Source: Dudresnaya verticillata | Taxonomy: Eukaryota | Assembly (NCBI GenBank): GCA_977862235.1 | Contig: OZ374564.1 | Location: 248,001 to 312,000, forward strand | Length of the DNA stretch: 64,000 nt | Direction: 5' to 3' | Shown here: one piece after another, positions 46,364 to 59,100 of the stretch | Layout: each line of letters starts with the position of its first letter | How positions within the stretch are numbered: position 1 is the stretch's first letter | Program-made: the position numbers and the translations under genes | The notes under the pieces: model-generated | What the model saw: only the letters and a program-made list of their open reading frames with translations | What the model was told of the DNA's origin: nothing | Database searches by the model: none

Positions 46364-47224
46364 ATGGAGGCAATCCCGTTGTACCGTGTTAACGCATTCA
46401 CAAACCCTGCAGCGAAATCAGCGCTGCAGAACGGCAACCCAGCTGCCATTGCCTTACTAAGCGAGGCACAATCCTCCTCGCTGTCGGACGCAACACGACA
46501 GGCCGTAGCCAAGGAACTGAACTTGTCCGAGACGGCGTTCGTGACAAAGACAGAGGTGGCTAACACATTCAAGCTGCGCTGGTTTACCCCGGAAACTGAA
46601 GTTGCACTCTGCGGACACGCTACATTGGCAGCGGCACAGACCGTGCTAGTCGCCGGGTGGGCGACATATGGCGAAAAAATCAACTTCGAGACGAAACATT
46701 ATGGTGCACTGACTGTGACACCTGGGGTGAAAACGGAGGGGTCTCCCCAGCTGCTGTGCATGCGGTTCCCACTGCTATCGCACCGCGATGAGATGGGCGT
46801 CGATGAGAAAGGGACGCTGCTGCGAGCGCTGGGTGTGGCGGTCGGGGAGGTGCGCGACGTGTACCGGTCTGTGGACGACGTAGTAGTACTGCTACAAGAG
46901 GAGGGCGTCCTGCGCGGGCTGGAGCCAGACTATGTGGCGCTGGGGCAAGTACAGACGCGGGGGGTGATCGTGGCGGCGGCCGGGAGCGGGGACGTGCGGT
47001 TCTCGAGCCGTTTCTTCGCGCCGCGGGTGGGGATTGCCGAGGACCCTGTGACGGGGAGCGCGCACTCGGTCCTGGCAAGCATCTTCGTCAAGGCGGGGGA
47101 GCGCGTGCACGCGCGGCAGTTATCGCCTCGCGGGGGTTGGCTGTGGGTGGAGCGGACGGCGGACGACAGGGTACTACTGAGTGGCGGGGCGATGGTGGTG
47201 GTCCGGGGGGAGGCGTACCTGTAG
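46364..47224 (+). CDS. PhzF/PBLD family isomerase (diaminopimelate-epimerase fold)
   Basis: VNAFT...GNPAA, ELNLSETAF, LRWFTPETEVALCGHATLAAA, SRFFAP-x2-GIAEDPVTGSAH, QLSPRGG. Confidence 0.95.
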   Translation: MEAIPLYRVNAFTNPAAKSALQNGNPAAIALLSEAQSSSLSDATRQAVAKELNLSETAFVTKTEVANTFKLRWFTPETEVALCGHATLAAAQTVLVAGWATYGEKINFETKHYGALTVTPGVKTEGSPQLLCMRFPLLSHRDEMGVDEKGTLLRALGVAVGEVRDVYRSVDDVVVLLQEEGVLRGLEPDYVALGQVQTRGVIVAAAGSGDVRFSSRFFAPRVGIAEDPVTGSAHSVLASIFVKAGERVHARQLSPRGGWLWVERTADDRVLLSGGAMVVVRGEAYL

Positions 47225-47547
47225 GGAGGCGGCGCCGTGTGGAGGTGGAAGGACGGTGGGTGGGGCGGAGGCGGCGGCGGAGGAGCGGGGACCGACGGAG
47301 CAAATGCGCGTCGGCAGCGGCGACATTGCCGGTGGCTTACAGCTTGGCTGCGGAGCCTCCAGCGCGATGCTTACACTGAAATGTGTTCTCGGATCCGAAA
47401 GCGCGGCGCACCGACGCCCCTCGCTCGTCGGCGTGGCGCGCCGCCGCCGAGCACCTACTTATTCGCCGCTGCCCAGCCCTTGTCTCAGCAGCTCCGTCCT
47501 CCCCGACACTTTCCCCAACCGCCACCCGCACCGCTTTCGCTACTCGA

Positions 47548-47890
47548 CCCCCCCCCCCTCCCCCCCCCTCCCCCCCCCTCCCCCCTCCTCCCCCTCCCTC
47601 CTCCCCCTCCCTCCTCCCCCTCCCCACTCCCCTCTCCCCCTCCCCTCCCCTCACCCCCCCCCCGCCCCCCCCTCTCTCTCTCCCCCCCCCCCCCCCCCCT
47701 CTCCCTTTCCCCCTTCCCCCCTCCCTCTCTCTCCTTCAGCGCACCCCACCCGCCTCTCCTTGGCCTTCGCGTGCCCCCGCCCCCTCCCTCCCTCCCCTTT
47801 CTCCCCTCCCTCCCCTTCCCTCATCCTCCATCGACCTCTCCCGCTCCCCTCCTTCCTCCGTCCCCCCTCCGCGCGCATCCCCTCCTCCAA
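47548..47890. repeat. Long polypyrimidine (C/CT-rich) low-complexity tract
   Basis: ~340 bp dominated by C runs separated by T, just upstream of the RRM gene. Confidence 0.9.
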
Positions 47891-47941
47891 GACGCTTGCC
47901 TCCTCGCGTTCCTTTCTTCCCACGAACCACCCTTCCGCACC

Positions 47942-49621
47942 ATGGACGGCGGCTACCCTCAACAGCAAGGCGGAAACCCTCCGCATATGGTCAGCTATTA
48001 CCAAGGCGTGCCAGGCTATAACGTATCGCAGCCACCCCTGCCAGCGTCATCAGCCGCACAGCCCGCTGGCCAGCAGCAACAGCGCCAGTCAAGCGCCATA
48101 TCCATCTGGGCGGGCGACCTGGACGCCTATATGGACGAGAACTTCTTGCGTCAAGCTGTCACAGCCTCTGGGTGGGGCGCTGACATCACTCGCATCAAGG
48201 TCGTCCGCGACCACTACTCTGGAATGCACGCCGGGTACGGCTTCCTTGACGCCGCCTCTCCGGAGGCCGCCGAACGCGTCATTGCAACCGGATCGGGCAT
48301 GCCTATCCCTGGCACAAACCGCTGCTGGCGCCTCAACATGGGCCGCAATGCCGCCGTTCCTGCAGTGTCATCCGCCGGCACCGAGATCAACATCTACGTT
48401 GGTAACCTCGAGCCGTCAGTCACTGACTACCAGCTCATGACGGCATTTCGACCGAGGTATGCTTCCGTTCGTCATGCGAAAGTCGTTTGTAATGAGTACG
48501 GCCAGTCGAGGGGCTTTGGCTTTGTCCGCTTTGCAAATCCGCAAGATGCTGAGCGCGCTGTAAGTGAAATGCAAGGCTTCGAGTTCAATGGCAAGGCTAT
48601 CCGTCTCTCACCGGCTACGGGTCGCACGAGGGGCGGGGGCCGCGGGGGTCACGGAGGTGGTGGTGGCCACGGCGGTGGTGGCTATGGCGGCCCTCATCAT
48701 GGCGGCCATCACAATCACCATGGCCACCATGGGCCCTCAACCAACAAGAGGCCACGCCAGCTGATGTTGCCGGATGATCCGAACAATACGACCATATTCA
48801 TCGGCGGCACTGGTAGCCACATCACAGAAGATCTTCTCTGGCGTGAGTTTTCTACCTTTGGTGAGTTGGAAGCTGTACGCGTCCCTGTAAATAAGACAGG
48901 CTTCGCCTTTGTCCGCTTCAAGACCCGTGAAAGTGCCCAGAGAGCGAAAGACGAACTTTCCGGCACCCATTTTATCTCTCTCAACCCCAACAAGCCAGTC
49001 CGCATTGAGTGGGCCTCCGAACAGATTGCCGTTTCCAAACCTCCTCCAATGGGTCAGAACTCCGTTCCCATGATGTACTCTGGTGCCGCCTCTTCCCACC
49101 CCCAATCCTACGATCCGCAGTATAACCCCCCGTACAACGCCACGCACTCCAACCAAACGATTTCCGCTCCTGGAAGCAACAGTGGTGCACAGGGCTTCAA
49201 CAACTATCAAACTCCCTCGGCACAGAATCTCTCCTCCAGCACGCCTCCCACCTCCTCCGGCCCGGGTACGATTGGCCCGCCTACCAGCAGTAGTGCCCCA
49301 AACGGTCTATCTGGAGCTGCCAAGGACGAGGGCAAAACTCCTGGAGCTGAGAATGCGGCGCAGAAGAATGGAAACTCAGATGAAGGACTAGCAAAGAACG
49401 ACGGGCTTTCCGGTGTTGGCGGTGCTGGCGAGACCGAGCCACCGTCCAAAAGGGCAGCCGTCGGTCGTCCAGAATATGCAAGCGCAAGGAATGATGCGAA
49501 TGGCAAGAAGGATTCTCTTGGTGATACCAAGCAGGATGGTGCTGCAGCAGAGGACTCGCCAGCCATGCAGTTTTCATGGCTAAATGCATCCTCTACTCAG
49601 CCAGCTTCTAATCCTCAGTAG
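47942..49621 (+). CDS. Three-RRM RNA-binding protein (Nam8/RBP45-47/TRNAU1AP-like)
   Basis: ATG at 47942. RRM1 IWAGDLDAYMDENFL...AGYGFL; RRM2 IYVGNL...SRGFGFVRF; Gly/His linker; RRM3 DPNNTTIFIGG...GFAFVRF. Confidence 0.92.
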   Translation: MDGGYPQQQGGNPPHMVSYYQGVPGYNVSQPPLPASSAAQPAGQQQQRQSSAISIWAGDLDAYMDENFLRQAVTASGWGADITRIKVVRDHYSGMHAGYGFLDAASPEAAERVIATGSGMPIPGTNRCWRLNMGRNAAVPAVSSAGTEINIYVGNLEPSVTDYQLMTAFRPRYASVRHAKVVCNEYGQSRGFGFVRFANPQDAERAVSEMQGFEFNGKAIRLSPATGRTRGGGRGGHGGGGGHGGGGYGGPHHGGHHNHHGHHGPSTNKRPRQLMLPDDPNNTTIFIGGTGSHITEDLLWREFSTFGELEAVRVPVNKTGFAFVRFKTRESAQRAKDELSGTHFISLNPNKPVRIEWASEQIAVSKPPPMGQNSVPMMYSGAASSHPQSYDPQYNPPYNATHSNQTISAPGSNSGAQGFNNYQTPSAQNLSSSTPPTSSGPGTIGPPTSSSAPNGLSGAAKDEGKTPGAENAAQKNGNSDEGLAKNDGLSGVGGAGETEPPSKRAAVGRPEYASARNDANGKKDSLGDTKQDGAAAEDSPAMQFSWLNASSTQPASNPQ

Positions 49622-50453
49622 TGCCATCTTTATCTACTTGCGACAGGACTTTTATCTTGTACTCATTATGCGAACGAGTGTGGTGCTGACTGTTTGTGAA
49701 GAGAAGTGTTCTTCCCGGACAGATATTTCTCTTGAAAGGTTGAAAGCGTATCGTCAAGCAAAGGAGAGAGAGGATGCTCCGTCAGGAATTTGTGGGTGGC
49801 GTGGGGTGTACCAGAGCCGCTTCTGCTTGTCCTCCTTGGGTAGGCTGGGAATACTCTTGCGGGCATCGGGTGGCATGCGGTAAGGGTGTTGAAGAAGGCA
49901 GTTAAGGCAGTGACCTAGCTACGCTTGTAGATGTCCTGAGTTGTGTAGGCAATTTACGGTTTGTAGTTCTGCGAAGCGGCTCTTGATGATTCTGAGCTAT
50001 ATTCTAGATGTTCCTTGCTTTGCCCTACTCCATTTTAAGAGTTGCTCGTGTGTTGTTGAAAATGTGTATTGGCCATACGTGAAGCAGATTGCGGTCCGGA
50101 TGTTGCACCTCGTCTGAGCGCAGGAAAGAACATGCCGACCGCTACGACCGCTACGGTGGCTGTTGCAAAGTTGACCAGACATTTTCGGGTGCCGCGGGGC
50201 GGTACAACATGTAGTGTGGCGGAAATGACTGCAGCGTGTGGAGTATTGGCACACACGACCTGCCAACTTGTCGCGCATAGCGACGGTTGCATTTTATGGA
50301 CCGCTCCAATCGGGAGAGCACGCAATAGAGCGCGGCCCGTGACCCCGCCTTGTGACGAACCCTTTCCATGAGCACCTCTGCCGAGCTTCGACGTGGGCCA
50401 CTGCAACCCCCGGTGTGACCGCAACAGGCTAAACAAACTGTCTTGCTACTTGT

Positions 50454-51776
50454 CTATAAGTTATCTATTGTACAATGGCATCTACATCGGGCCACGCCTG
50501 TCTGATCCGGTCTCCAGCAAAACCGCGGCACAAGAGACCGGGACTCATGTGTCTGCCGTTTGGTGAGCGATGCGCCGGAATACCGCCCCGCCCGCTGATG
50601 AGCCTGTGCCTGAGCCGCCCTTAGAGCGTACGTGTCGAAGTAGGAAATACTGTCATGGAAAGATGTCGGGCTGTACGCGACACCCCTGGTGCGAATGTCC
50701 CTGCTGCGACGGTCGTCATCGCCGACTTGACCAGACGTGCTGAAGTGGTCGATGGAAATCCTCGGCGGCTGAAAGCACGACAAATGTGGCCGGGGTTTGC
50801 GGCGCTTCTGAAACTGTTGGTTGGGGTAGCGTTGGCGGGAGGGTCTCTTAAACGAGTCGCCCTCGACAGAGAGGCGGTCGAGCGCGTAGGTCTTGAGCTC
50901 GTCCAGAAAGGTTAAGTAGCGCCCAAAGACGATAGACTGAAAGTCCTCGACGACGTTGTTGTGGCGGGCGTTGGGGATCCACAGAGGCTGCACGGCAACA
51001 CCGTTCTGACGGATCTTCTCAAACAGCTGCTCGCCGTGGATCTTGGGAACCAGCTCGTCCATGCCGCCGTGGACGACCAGGACCGGGCAGCGGATCTTGC
51101 TAGCGCGGTCGATATTCGGAAATGTATCGATAAAAGGGAGGGTGACGTTGAGCTTCTTGAGCGGGACGCGCACGGCGGACGTGATGGGGGCGATGAGGAC
51201 CAGGCCGCCTACCTTGCGCGTAGAGGCGCAGTAGACAGCCGGGCCACTGCCGATGCTGCGTCCAAAGATGATAATACGGCGCGGGTCGATACGACATTCA
51301 TCGGTAAGATACTTGTACGCGGCGTCGATGTCGCTGCAACAACCCTTCTCACTAGGCTCTGCGCGGCGGCGATCGGCGTCTTGCAGGGTGGGCTTGACGA
51401 TGACGTTGTCAAGGGTGTGATGGTCTGGGTGGAGGTGTTGGCGGCGGGGCTTTTCGGAAAGGCCGTAGCCGGAGTACTCAAAGGCGAGGACGTCGACATT
51501 GAGGGCGTGGGACAGGATGTGGGCGTCGATGATGCTCGAGCCAAGGTCCTCGCCGTTCTGGTGGGCGTACAGGACGACGTACTCGGCAGCCGGCTGGCGG
51601 ACCCAGGCGACCGGGATGCGGACGTGCAGGGCAGTCTGCAGCCAGATGAGCGGGGCGGTTTGCACGGTGGGCAGGCCGTGCGAGTCCGGGACGATGTAGC
51701 GCAGGCAGCCGTTGTACGACTCGTAGGATACGATCGGGGGCGGGCGGAAGACCAGGTGCGAGTAGAGCTGGCCCAT
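50454..51776 (-). CDS. ABHD17-like alpha/beta hydrolase (protein depalmitoylase family)
   Basis: LVFRPP, LYAHQNGEDLG, FEYSGYGLS, PSEKGCCSDIDAAY, nucleophile elbow GRSIGSG, IRCPVLVVHGGMDELV, ARHNN. Confidence 0.92.
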   Translation of the reverse strand: MGQLYSHLVFRPPPIVSYESYNGCLRYIVPDSHGLPTVQTAPLIWLQTALHVRIPVAWVRQPAAEYVVLYAHQNGEDLGSSIIDAHILSHALNVDVLAFEYSGYGLSEKPRRQHLHPDHHTLDNVIVKPTLQDADRRRAEPSEKGCCSDIDAAYKYLTDECRIDPRRIIIFGRSIGSGPAVYCASTRKVGGLVLIAPITSAVRVPLKKLNVTLPFIDTFPNIDRASKIRCPVLVVHGGMDELVPKIHGEQLFEKIRQNGVAVQPLWIPNARHNNVVEDFQSIVFGRYLTFLDELKTYALDRLSVEGDSFKRPSRQRYPNQQFQKRRKPRPHLSCFQPPRISIDHFSTSGQVGDDDRRSRDIRTRGVAYSPTSFHDSISYFDTYALRAAQAQAHQRAGRYSGASLTKRQTHESRSLVPRFCWRPDQTGVARCRCHCTIDNL

Positions 51777-52149
51777 GGCGGCGGCGGGGTTGGGCGAGGA
51801 TGGACGCAGAGGACGGGGAGGCGGAGGCGGAAGCGGAGGCGGAGGAGGAGACGGGGCAGGCAGGGGTAGGGTTTCGCAGGACGGGCGGCGGTGTCAGATG
51901 AGGATGGGCAGTGTTGAGGGACACATGGGCTTTATGCTGGGACGAGGGCGCGGATGCACGAGGGAGGGAGATTCGGATGTGAGCGGGGATGGAGCCAACG
52001 GAAGCGGCACAGCTGGTGAAAGCGTTGTCGATTGTCGAGGCAGGGGCGGAGATGGAGAGCAGGGTCGAGAGAGGGCGGCGACAGGCGCGGCGCAGGAGCG
52101 GGGGAGACAAGGAGGGTGGTGGGGTGTCTCTGTGCGGGCGGTGTGATAT

Positions 52150-53150
52150 CTTCTTCTTCGCTAGACGCTGGCTGCGTCAGCGGTGGACTGTCCGTCTCTC
52201 AGTCCCAAGGCGCGCGGGGGGGGACAGGGGCGGCGGGCGGGGAATGCGAGGGAAGGCACGAAAGGCAAGGCGGCAGGCAGTCAGTCAGGGCGGGCGCGCG
52301 GGGGGAGGCGCAGCCGCGCGGAGCGCGGGAGACGGGTTGGTCGGCGGCACGCGCGTTCCTCTGCGTGGCACGCGCGCGAATGGCACCTGACGCGCGCGCT
52401 GACGCGCGCGTGGAAAGCGCGACGGGCGGCGCTGACTCGCGCAGCCGCTGCGGCGCCGGCGAGGCGTCAGGCGGACGCGCAGCGGTGCACAGAATGTCAG
52501 GCGTTGCAGCGTTACGCGCGCGCGACCGGCGTGACACGGCGCGTAACGTACCTCTCGCGCCGCACGTCCAGTCCGCTCACCTATTTCGAGCGCGGCGCGG
52601 TGTCCAACCTATAACGCCTTCGCTTTCGGTTTCCGCGCGCTGTCAACCGCAACTGCGCCGCGCGCGCGCCTCGAGGAAGTCTCCAAAGTCTCGAGCCTCC
52701 GCGCGCGGTTTCTCGGCTGCGGCTGTCCGCCGCCGCCGCACCCTCCGCCGCCGCCGCGGCCCGCCCGACCGCGGGCAGCCACGTGCCGCCGCGCCGCATC
52801 ATACCGCGCGCGCGGCCGGCGCCGGCAAACACCGCCTCTGTTTGAGCTGCCTCGTCCGACCGCCTCCTCGGCCACCCGTCTTCCGCGCGCACTTCCCTCC
52901 TCACGCTTGAACAACCTCGTGTTCGACGTCTCGCGCCCTCGCGCGCACTCGCGCTCTGAGACCGCCCACATACAACAAACACACCGCGGAGAGCACCGCC
53001 GCGCGCGCACAATTCAACCCCGGCGCTTTCCCGGTCTCGCCGCGCAAGCACGCCCGCCACACACACATGTGCCGCGCACGCAGTGCGCGCGCGCAGACGC
53101 GCAGGACCGCGCAAGACCTGGCCTTTAGCGTAGCCAACGGCTACAGCTAC
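52150..53150. promoter_or_regulatory. CG-rich island upstream of the ABHD17-like gene
   Basis: GC/CGCG-rich block with a TATAA-like word at ~52610. Confidence 0.45.
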
Positions 53151-56091
53151 GGCTACAGCTACAGCAACGCATCGATGTCGAAGCCAAGCGCCGCAGCTTT
53201 TCTGCTCTGGCCGTCACTTGCTCGAGCGCGGGCGCCGCCATGCACACACACACAAGAGCAAGAAATGCTCATCAAATGTCGCTCCCACGACGATGAGCTG
53301 TCACGCCGCCATCCCGCCACCTCACGCACATACACCTCGCCGCCGCCCGTCCGCTCTGCGTGTCCTCTGTGCAAGCAGCGCCTGTCATTCCCGTCATTGT
53401 TGAGCGCAACACATTTGATGCCCGCAATGCGCGCACATACAATCTCTGTGCAACCGCCCTTCGCCCGCGCTGCTCCGTTCACCCGCTGTAAATATTTCCC
53501 GATATATCCGCGCGCACACACACAAGCCCGACGCGAACAACTCTGCCCTGTCTGACATGCCCGACTGTCACTGCATTCCTCTTGTCCAATCTCGCATTCT
53601 CTACTTTTGCTCACACACCCTGTCACACACGCCATGCAATCAAAGAGCACTCCGCTCCGACTCTGCTGAATCTGTTATTAGACACAATCACAATTTCCCA
53701 CGACTCGTTTCGACATCCGCGCCCACCGTTTCCCGTCTTTGCCCCGGCCATGGCGAGACTCTCAAACACACAATAACCGTAAACCTAACAATATCCATAC
53801 GTCCAAACTTTCATGTTACCACAACCTCTATCACATTCTTGAACAATCTATCACAATTACTTGTCACAAACCCGTCCAACTCCCAACTCCCTTCCTCTGC
53901 CAACTTTCAACTCACCTTCGCAACCTCGCCATATCCCAACGAGATTCCTCCACAACCCTATCCCCGCATGTGCTACAGACAAGTGCAGTACAGTATGTGT
54001 CTGCCTTCCAGCCGCGCAATACCCTTGTACGCCACTGCACCACATCTCTCTGCCAACACCCTCCACTTCCCCCGGTAACAGTTACAAGTCCGTACAAGTC
54101 CGCCCCAAGCCCCCCGCTATCATGCCCTCCGCCCGATCGATACCACTTCACCCTCAAAACCTCGACGCCATCAACGCCCCAGCTGTCACCCGCAAACCCC
54201 TACTCTGCAACCCCGCACACCGACTATCGTGTCATCCTAGCCAGCCCTGCCGTTTCGCCCAAACTGAGCAACAAAAACGGTTCCCAACGGACACCACACA
54301 TCATCCAACTAATAGTAATCCATACATACTGTGCCATTATTTTCTACCGGCAGTCCCATCCCAGTCACCGCCTCTGTTATCGTCGCAATATCTACAATAT
54401 CTACAATATCGCTATCTCCCCTTCTCCTTCTCTGTGTCCTACACCACCACCCTTCGAAACCTGCCATTGCATGCATCACCCAATGCACCCAGTCTGTATT
54501 TTTTGGACCCTGATGCAGCTGCGCGCACAAAACTTACCAACTTACATAAACACAGATCACCCACGCCGTGCCATCGCGCAGCACAATTCAACCCCTACCT
54601 ACATGCTAGAGAACCATGCGCCCGTGACGGCCTCGAGTCGCCAACCTCACCCTCATTCATCAATCCAACCATCTCACCCCTGTGGATACCCCATGTCCAT
54701 CGCGCAGTGCGCAGTGTCCACACAGTCATGTTGCAATCTGAGAGGCCGGAACAAGAGAGTCGCAGTAGATCTTTCTCCGAAGCAAGCACTAACGACAGCT
54801 TGCCTATCGAGTTGCGTGCGCCCCACCGAGTATACCACTCGCAGGACGCAACGCCCCGCTCCAGATGAGCTTTCTTCTTCCACGTGCACTGACGTCTTGC
54901 GAATCCATTCGTCACAAGATAGGACCACCGGAGCTGTGCAGAAACCGCTCTGCTGATGCATTTTTGGAGGCGGAAGGACCAATTGTGCCCTTCCGCCTCC
55001 AACACTCGCTACAACACTCACTCCTTTGGAAAGGTCGTGGTATGCTACGGGTCTTGGCACATACACGCGTGGTGTTGCTTACCTAACTTGGCTCGAAGAG
55101 CGCCGCTCCGCATGGTTGCTGCAAGCAGCAATTCCTGTACCGTCGGCGAAAGCGTTTTTATAATACACGTGCTTACTTCATATTCCTTCCTTGTCATGCG
55201 CGAATAACCACTTCGTTTTTATCTCCAGCGCTGGCATTGAGCAAACATAATGCCTGGAATGCCCATGAACAGCTCCGCAACTCCACTCCTTGGTGAGCCG
55301 CAAGCTGAGTGTTTTGCGTACTGGGCCGAGCAGTGCGTAGAAAGCGACCCTTTCAGCAAGAGAAAGGGGATCGAAAGTAACGGGTCGAAACCTAGTGTTG
55401 AGTGGATGTAGCCATTATTCCCTGTCATCACACTAGCCCCGAGTAGAACGTTTTTCTTTGGATGTGTACAACTATCGATTCAAAGACACAGCGGCCGATT
55501 GCGTACAGTCGGGTTGCCGAACAGTGCAAATAACACACGGAATGGAATGATGTGTATACCGGGTGCATTCCAGATCTATTCCGGTAGGAATAGATGTTTG
55601 GTCTGAGTGGGAGCCGCAGCAGCTGGCGTATGCACGAACTTTCTTTTTTGAAAGAAAGCCAAGTCTTTGATAGCAAGAACCTATTCTATGTGATGCTTTT
55701 CATTCTGCACCTTGTCCGGACCCACATGTTCCAGATCAGTGCACTAGCTTTCGGTATTCAAGAAATATGATAGATGGCGGGCTGGGCTAGTGAAGTGTGT
55801 TGATTAGAAACGACGAGCCAGGCTGGTATATTGTGTCGCTCCAACTTGTGCGTTTGCAGACAAGTCCGGGGTCTTCCGCAGCAGCCATTGCATACCGCTG
55901 AGGTCGAAAACTTGCAGTTCTTCGTGCACAACCTGCGAGATTCTTTCTATCAATTACACTGGACAAACATCACTAGTTTCGTGTGATAGAGTCCCAATGT
56001 GGATCAGATATAAAAGATTCGAGAGTATGTACGCTGCAAACAGTTTGCTGGGTACAGCCAATGGCTGTACGATTGGTGAAGTCCGCACCTT

Positions 56092-56094
<3 letters not shown>

Positions 56095-56144
<50 letters not shown>
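56095..56144. repeat. (GA)25 microsatellite
   Basis: Perfect dinucleotide run. Confidence 0.95.
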
Positions 56145-56147
<3 letters not shown>

Positions 56148-59100
56148 GTAACTGCAGTACTTCAAGACAGCCAAGTTACTTCGAGACTGACCTTTCAGAG
56201 ATCCGCAAAGGTCTGTATGTGGCTCGTGCAAAGCATATCTAACCTAGCACTTTCTGTTCCGCTGACAACACCGTTGCAGTGCGTTGTCGACAAGTACTGC
56301 ACTGTATAAACCGAGATCTAGTTGAAAATGCAGAACATATAGACGTCAACAAACCAATGCTCCTGAGACTTTTAACTGTGCTCAACACAATATCATATGC
56401 GGTACACCTCACTTTGAGTGGCTACTCACTATTAAAGGACACTGTAGGTGGAATCATTGTTTCCATCTCCTGCTCTGCGAGTTCGTCTCGACATTATTGC
56501 GAGGTTGTGTGGTGGCCCTGAAGGGCTGTCCATTCTTCCGACCTGCCCCGCAGATCACCACTGTGAGATGAATGCAAAACAGACACACATACATCAGTTC
56601 ACCTGGCAAACTTTTACCCTCCACGCTCATTCTGATCTAGGCAAATGTGTTCCCAAACTATCAGCCTTCTGTCCTTCTTTACTGGACAAAGAACATGCTA
56701 CATGCTGATAGAGTTCTGATATTTCGAAATGAATCTCAAGTGAGAATGGGAACTGTGACCGGAACTTTTACCAGCAACCCTGCAAAGCTGAAATTGCCCC
56801 TTGCCGAAGGATTAACAAGGTTGAGCTTCTCGAAGGCCATTTTCAACAGGTTTTAACGCCTTTATCTTCGCAGGACAAACGGTTTGGCCTACCTTCAAAC
56901 ATCAATAGAATTTTCACAATCACTTCTACTGTGTGTACAGGGCCTACGTACCTGAAAAGTAGCGAGTGATTTGTAGTTAACTGTAACAACTGAATGCCCC
57001 GTTACCCATCGAACTGAATTTAGTTCTCATTTTGCTCGCAATGCAGTAAAGATGAAGGCTTCTCAGCTACAGACCCCGGAGGCCAATGCCTCTTCTATAG
57101 AGAAGATGTTCACTTGTGTGACTTGGTAGTACATGGTTGCATAACGGATGCTTTCCACCGTTTTCCTCACGCGCTAGAACGTAGAAAAAAAGCATTGTGA
57201 ACCCAGAGCTTGACGAGGGCAGCCTTCAACAGTATATATCGTGTAAACGGTTGATGCCATGCTGAACAGAACAAAACCACTGCTTGTAACCACTGCTTGT
57301 GCCACAAGCAGCGGTCACCGTTTTTTCACGGGATTTTCAAGCTTATCTCGTTACTATCTCTGCTACAGTGTAGCTAGCAAGTCTCAAAAGGTATCATATG
57401 AGGTGTGAAGAAGACACGAGATTGCTGGTGCTTCATTTCCATCTATGGCAATAGGTGTCTGGGTACCAGTCGCAATTCTACGTTTTTCGCCTCGTGTGTT
57501 GTCTCATGAGTAGAGGAGGAGTAACAGCAGCATCAGAATGTTCGCAACCCGTTTCTAGAGTGCAATTGTGTGGCTTGGCATTAAAGTTGATACATTCTGA
57601 GCATTTGCACCGCTTACAACTCTCTCTGAACATTTTCAGTGGCTCTCAATGCTCACGAGTAAGCGGACCTGTGCGGAGCTGTTTTTGTCGTTGTTGGTTC
57701 TACAGCATTTGTGACACGACGTGACTCACACAATCGTCTACAGCCGTTCTGAAGAGTGGAGAAGTTTGCTTCGGCTTTCGAAGCTCGGAAGCTGTGCGAA
57801 ATGAGAGCACGAGGATGGCAAGACGACATCGAGCGGCTGAGCCAAGCAAGATGTGGTCAAATGGACTGAATTTTGAAACCTTACCCGAAGCTACAAGGCT
57901 GTTCCCTTCCTTGCCAATCATGCTTGTTCAGTGCGCCCATGGGACTTCATCAGTGCAGTGCAACGGGACGCTGCTGTAAGAGAAGAGGTTATCTGAAACT
58001 CTTGGTTACAGAACCGAACAATTGCGGGGATTGTCTATTGAGGGGATTTGTGTTACAAAACTGTTGTCTTAGGCACTGCACTTCATTGTGATGGAGTGAT
58101 GCCAGGAGGCTTCTGACCCACAGTTCAGGCCTGGGGCAGACGATGAATAGAGCAACCGCAGGGTTGCAAGAGGGGTGCCCCTGGGGTACCCTTGTGATTT
58201 GGGGTAAGGCAGTGTCTGGTTTGAAACGAGGTTGACCAAGAGTTCTCAATGATACCAGAATGATAACTTATCATTCTAGTCCTGTTGGTTTCCCACCATT
58301 GATTGCAACGTACAGAGTTCCAAGTATTAACCAACCCCACTGGGGAATCCTTGTCGCAGGAACTGCAATCTGGACCACACAACGCGCGATTGCAATCAGC
58401 CAAAGGTCATCCACATGGACATTGTTTGCGGAATGGCATTCAAGAGAGCAGAATGTACCAACCAACCGAACTACCCTTGAAGAGTCGATTCTATATGTGT
58501 GGATGAGATAAACACTGAGGCTTCGCCTCTAAGAACATGCATCTTCATGTTTGGGATACCCTCCCCGAACTGATTGCTTTGAGTAACCAACAGACTGTGA
58601 CTCACAGAATGACCCTCACTTCATATGCCAGGAAGTGGACACGGTTGTTTGTATCGTACACTCTCGGCTTGTGGTGATGTTGTGCGCCTCCGCTCTCCCT
58701 CGCGTAAGGACTCGCAATATTGGCAAAACACACATTGAGGGGCTCCATCCTCAAGCAGTGGGCGACTGGACGACTTAGTGCCGGCGAAGTGTGCTGCAGG
58801 ACCAACACTCGCGGTGACAGTAGGGGCGCAGTGGATGTCAAGGTCAGGCGGTAGGGACGCATTGCCGTTTTGAACAAGGGCCGCTCAGTCAGCGACATAC
58901 GCGTAGTTAAAGTTTGACAACAAGGGCAGCAGGATGCTCAGGCAGCTGGGCGGCGACAACGTTGCTCGAACTTTGGGTGATAATGGCGGCGGCAGCAAAC
59001 GTTGCTCGGTAAAAGCATGGGGGTTGGTATCATGCAGAACGATGATGGGGACTTTCGGCAACGTCGCTGCGGGAGCGGCGGCGGCAGTGCTAACGTTACG

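Noticed and set aside
47181..47941. Poly-Pro N-terminal extensions of the RRM ORF
   Set aside because: Translation of the polypyrimidine tract from non-ATG starts.
53067..54956. ORFs of 162-405 aa in C/A-rich DNA
   Set aside because: No motifs or codon bias; strand-skewed composition explains the lack of stops.
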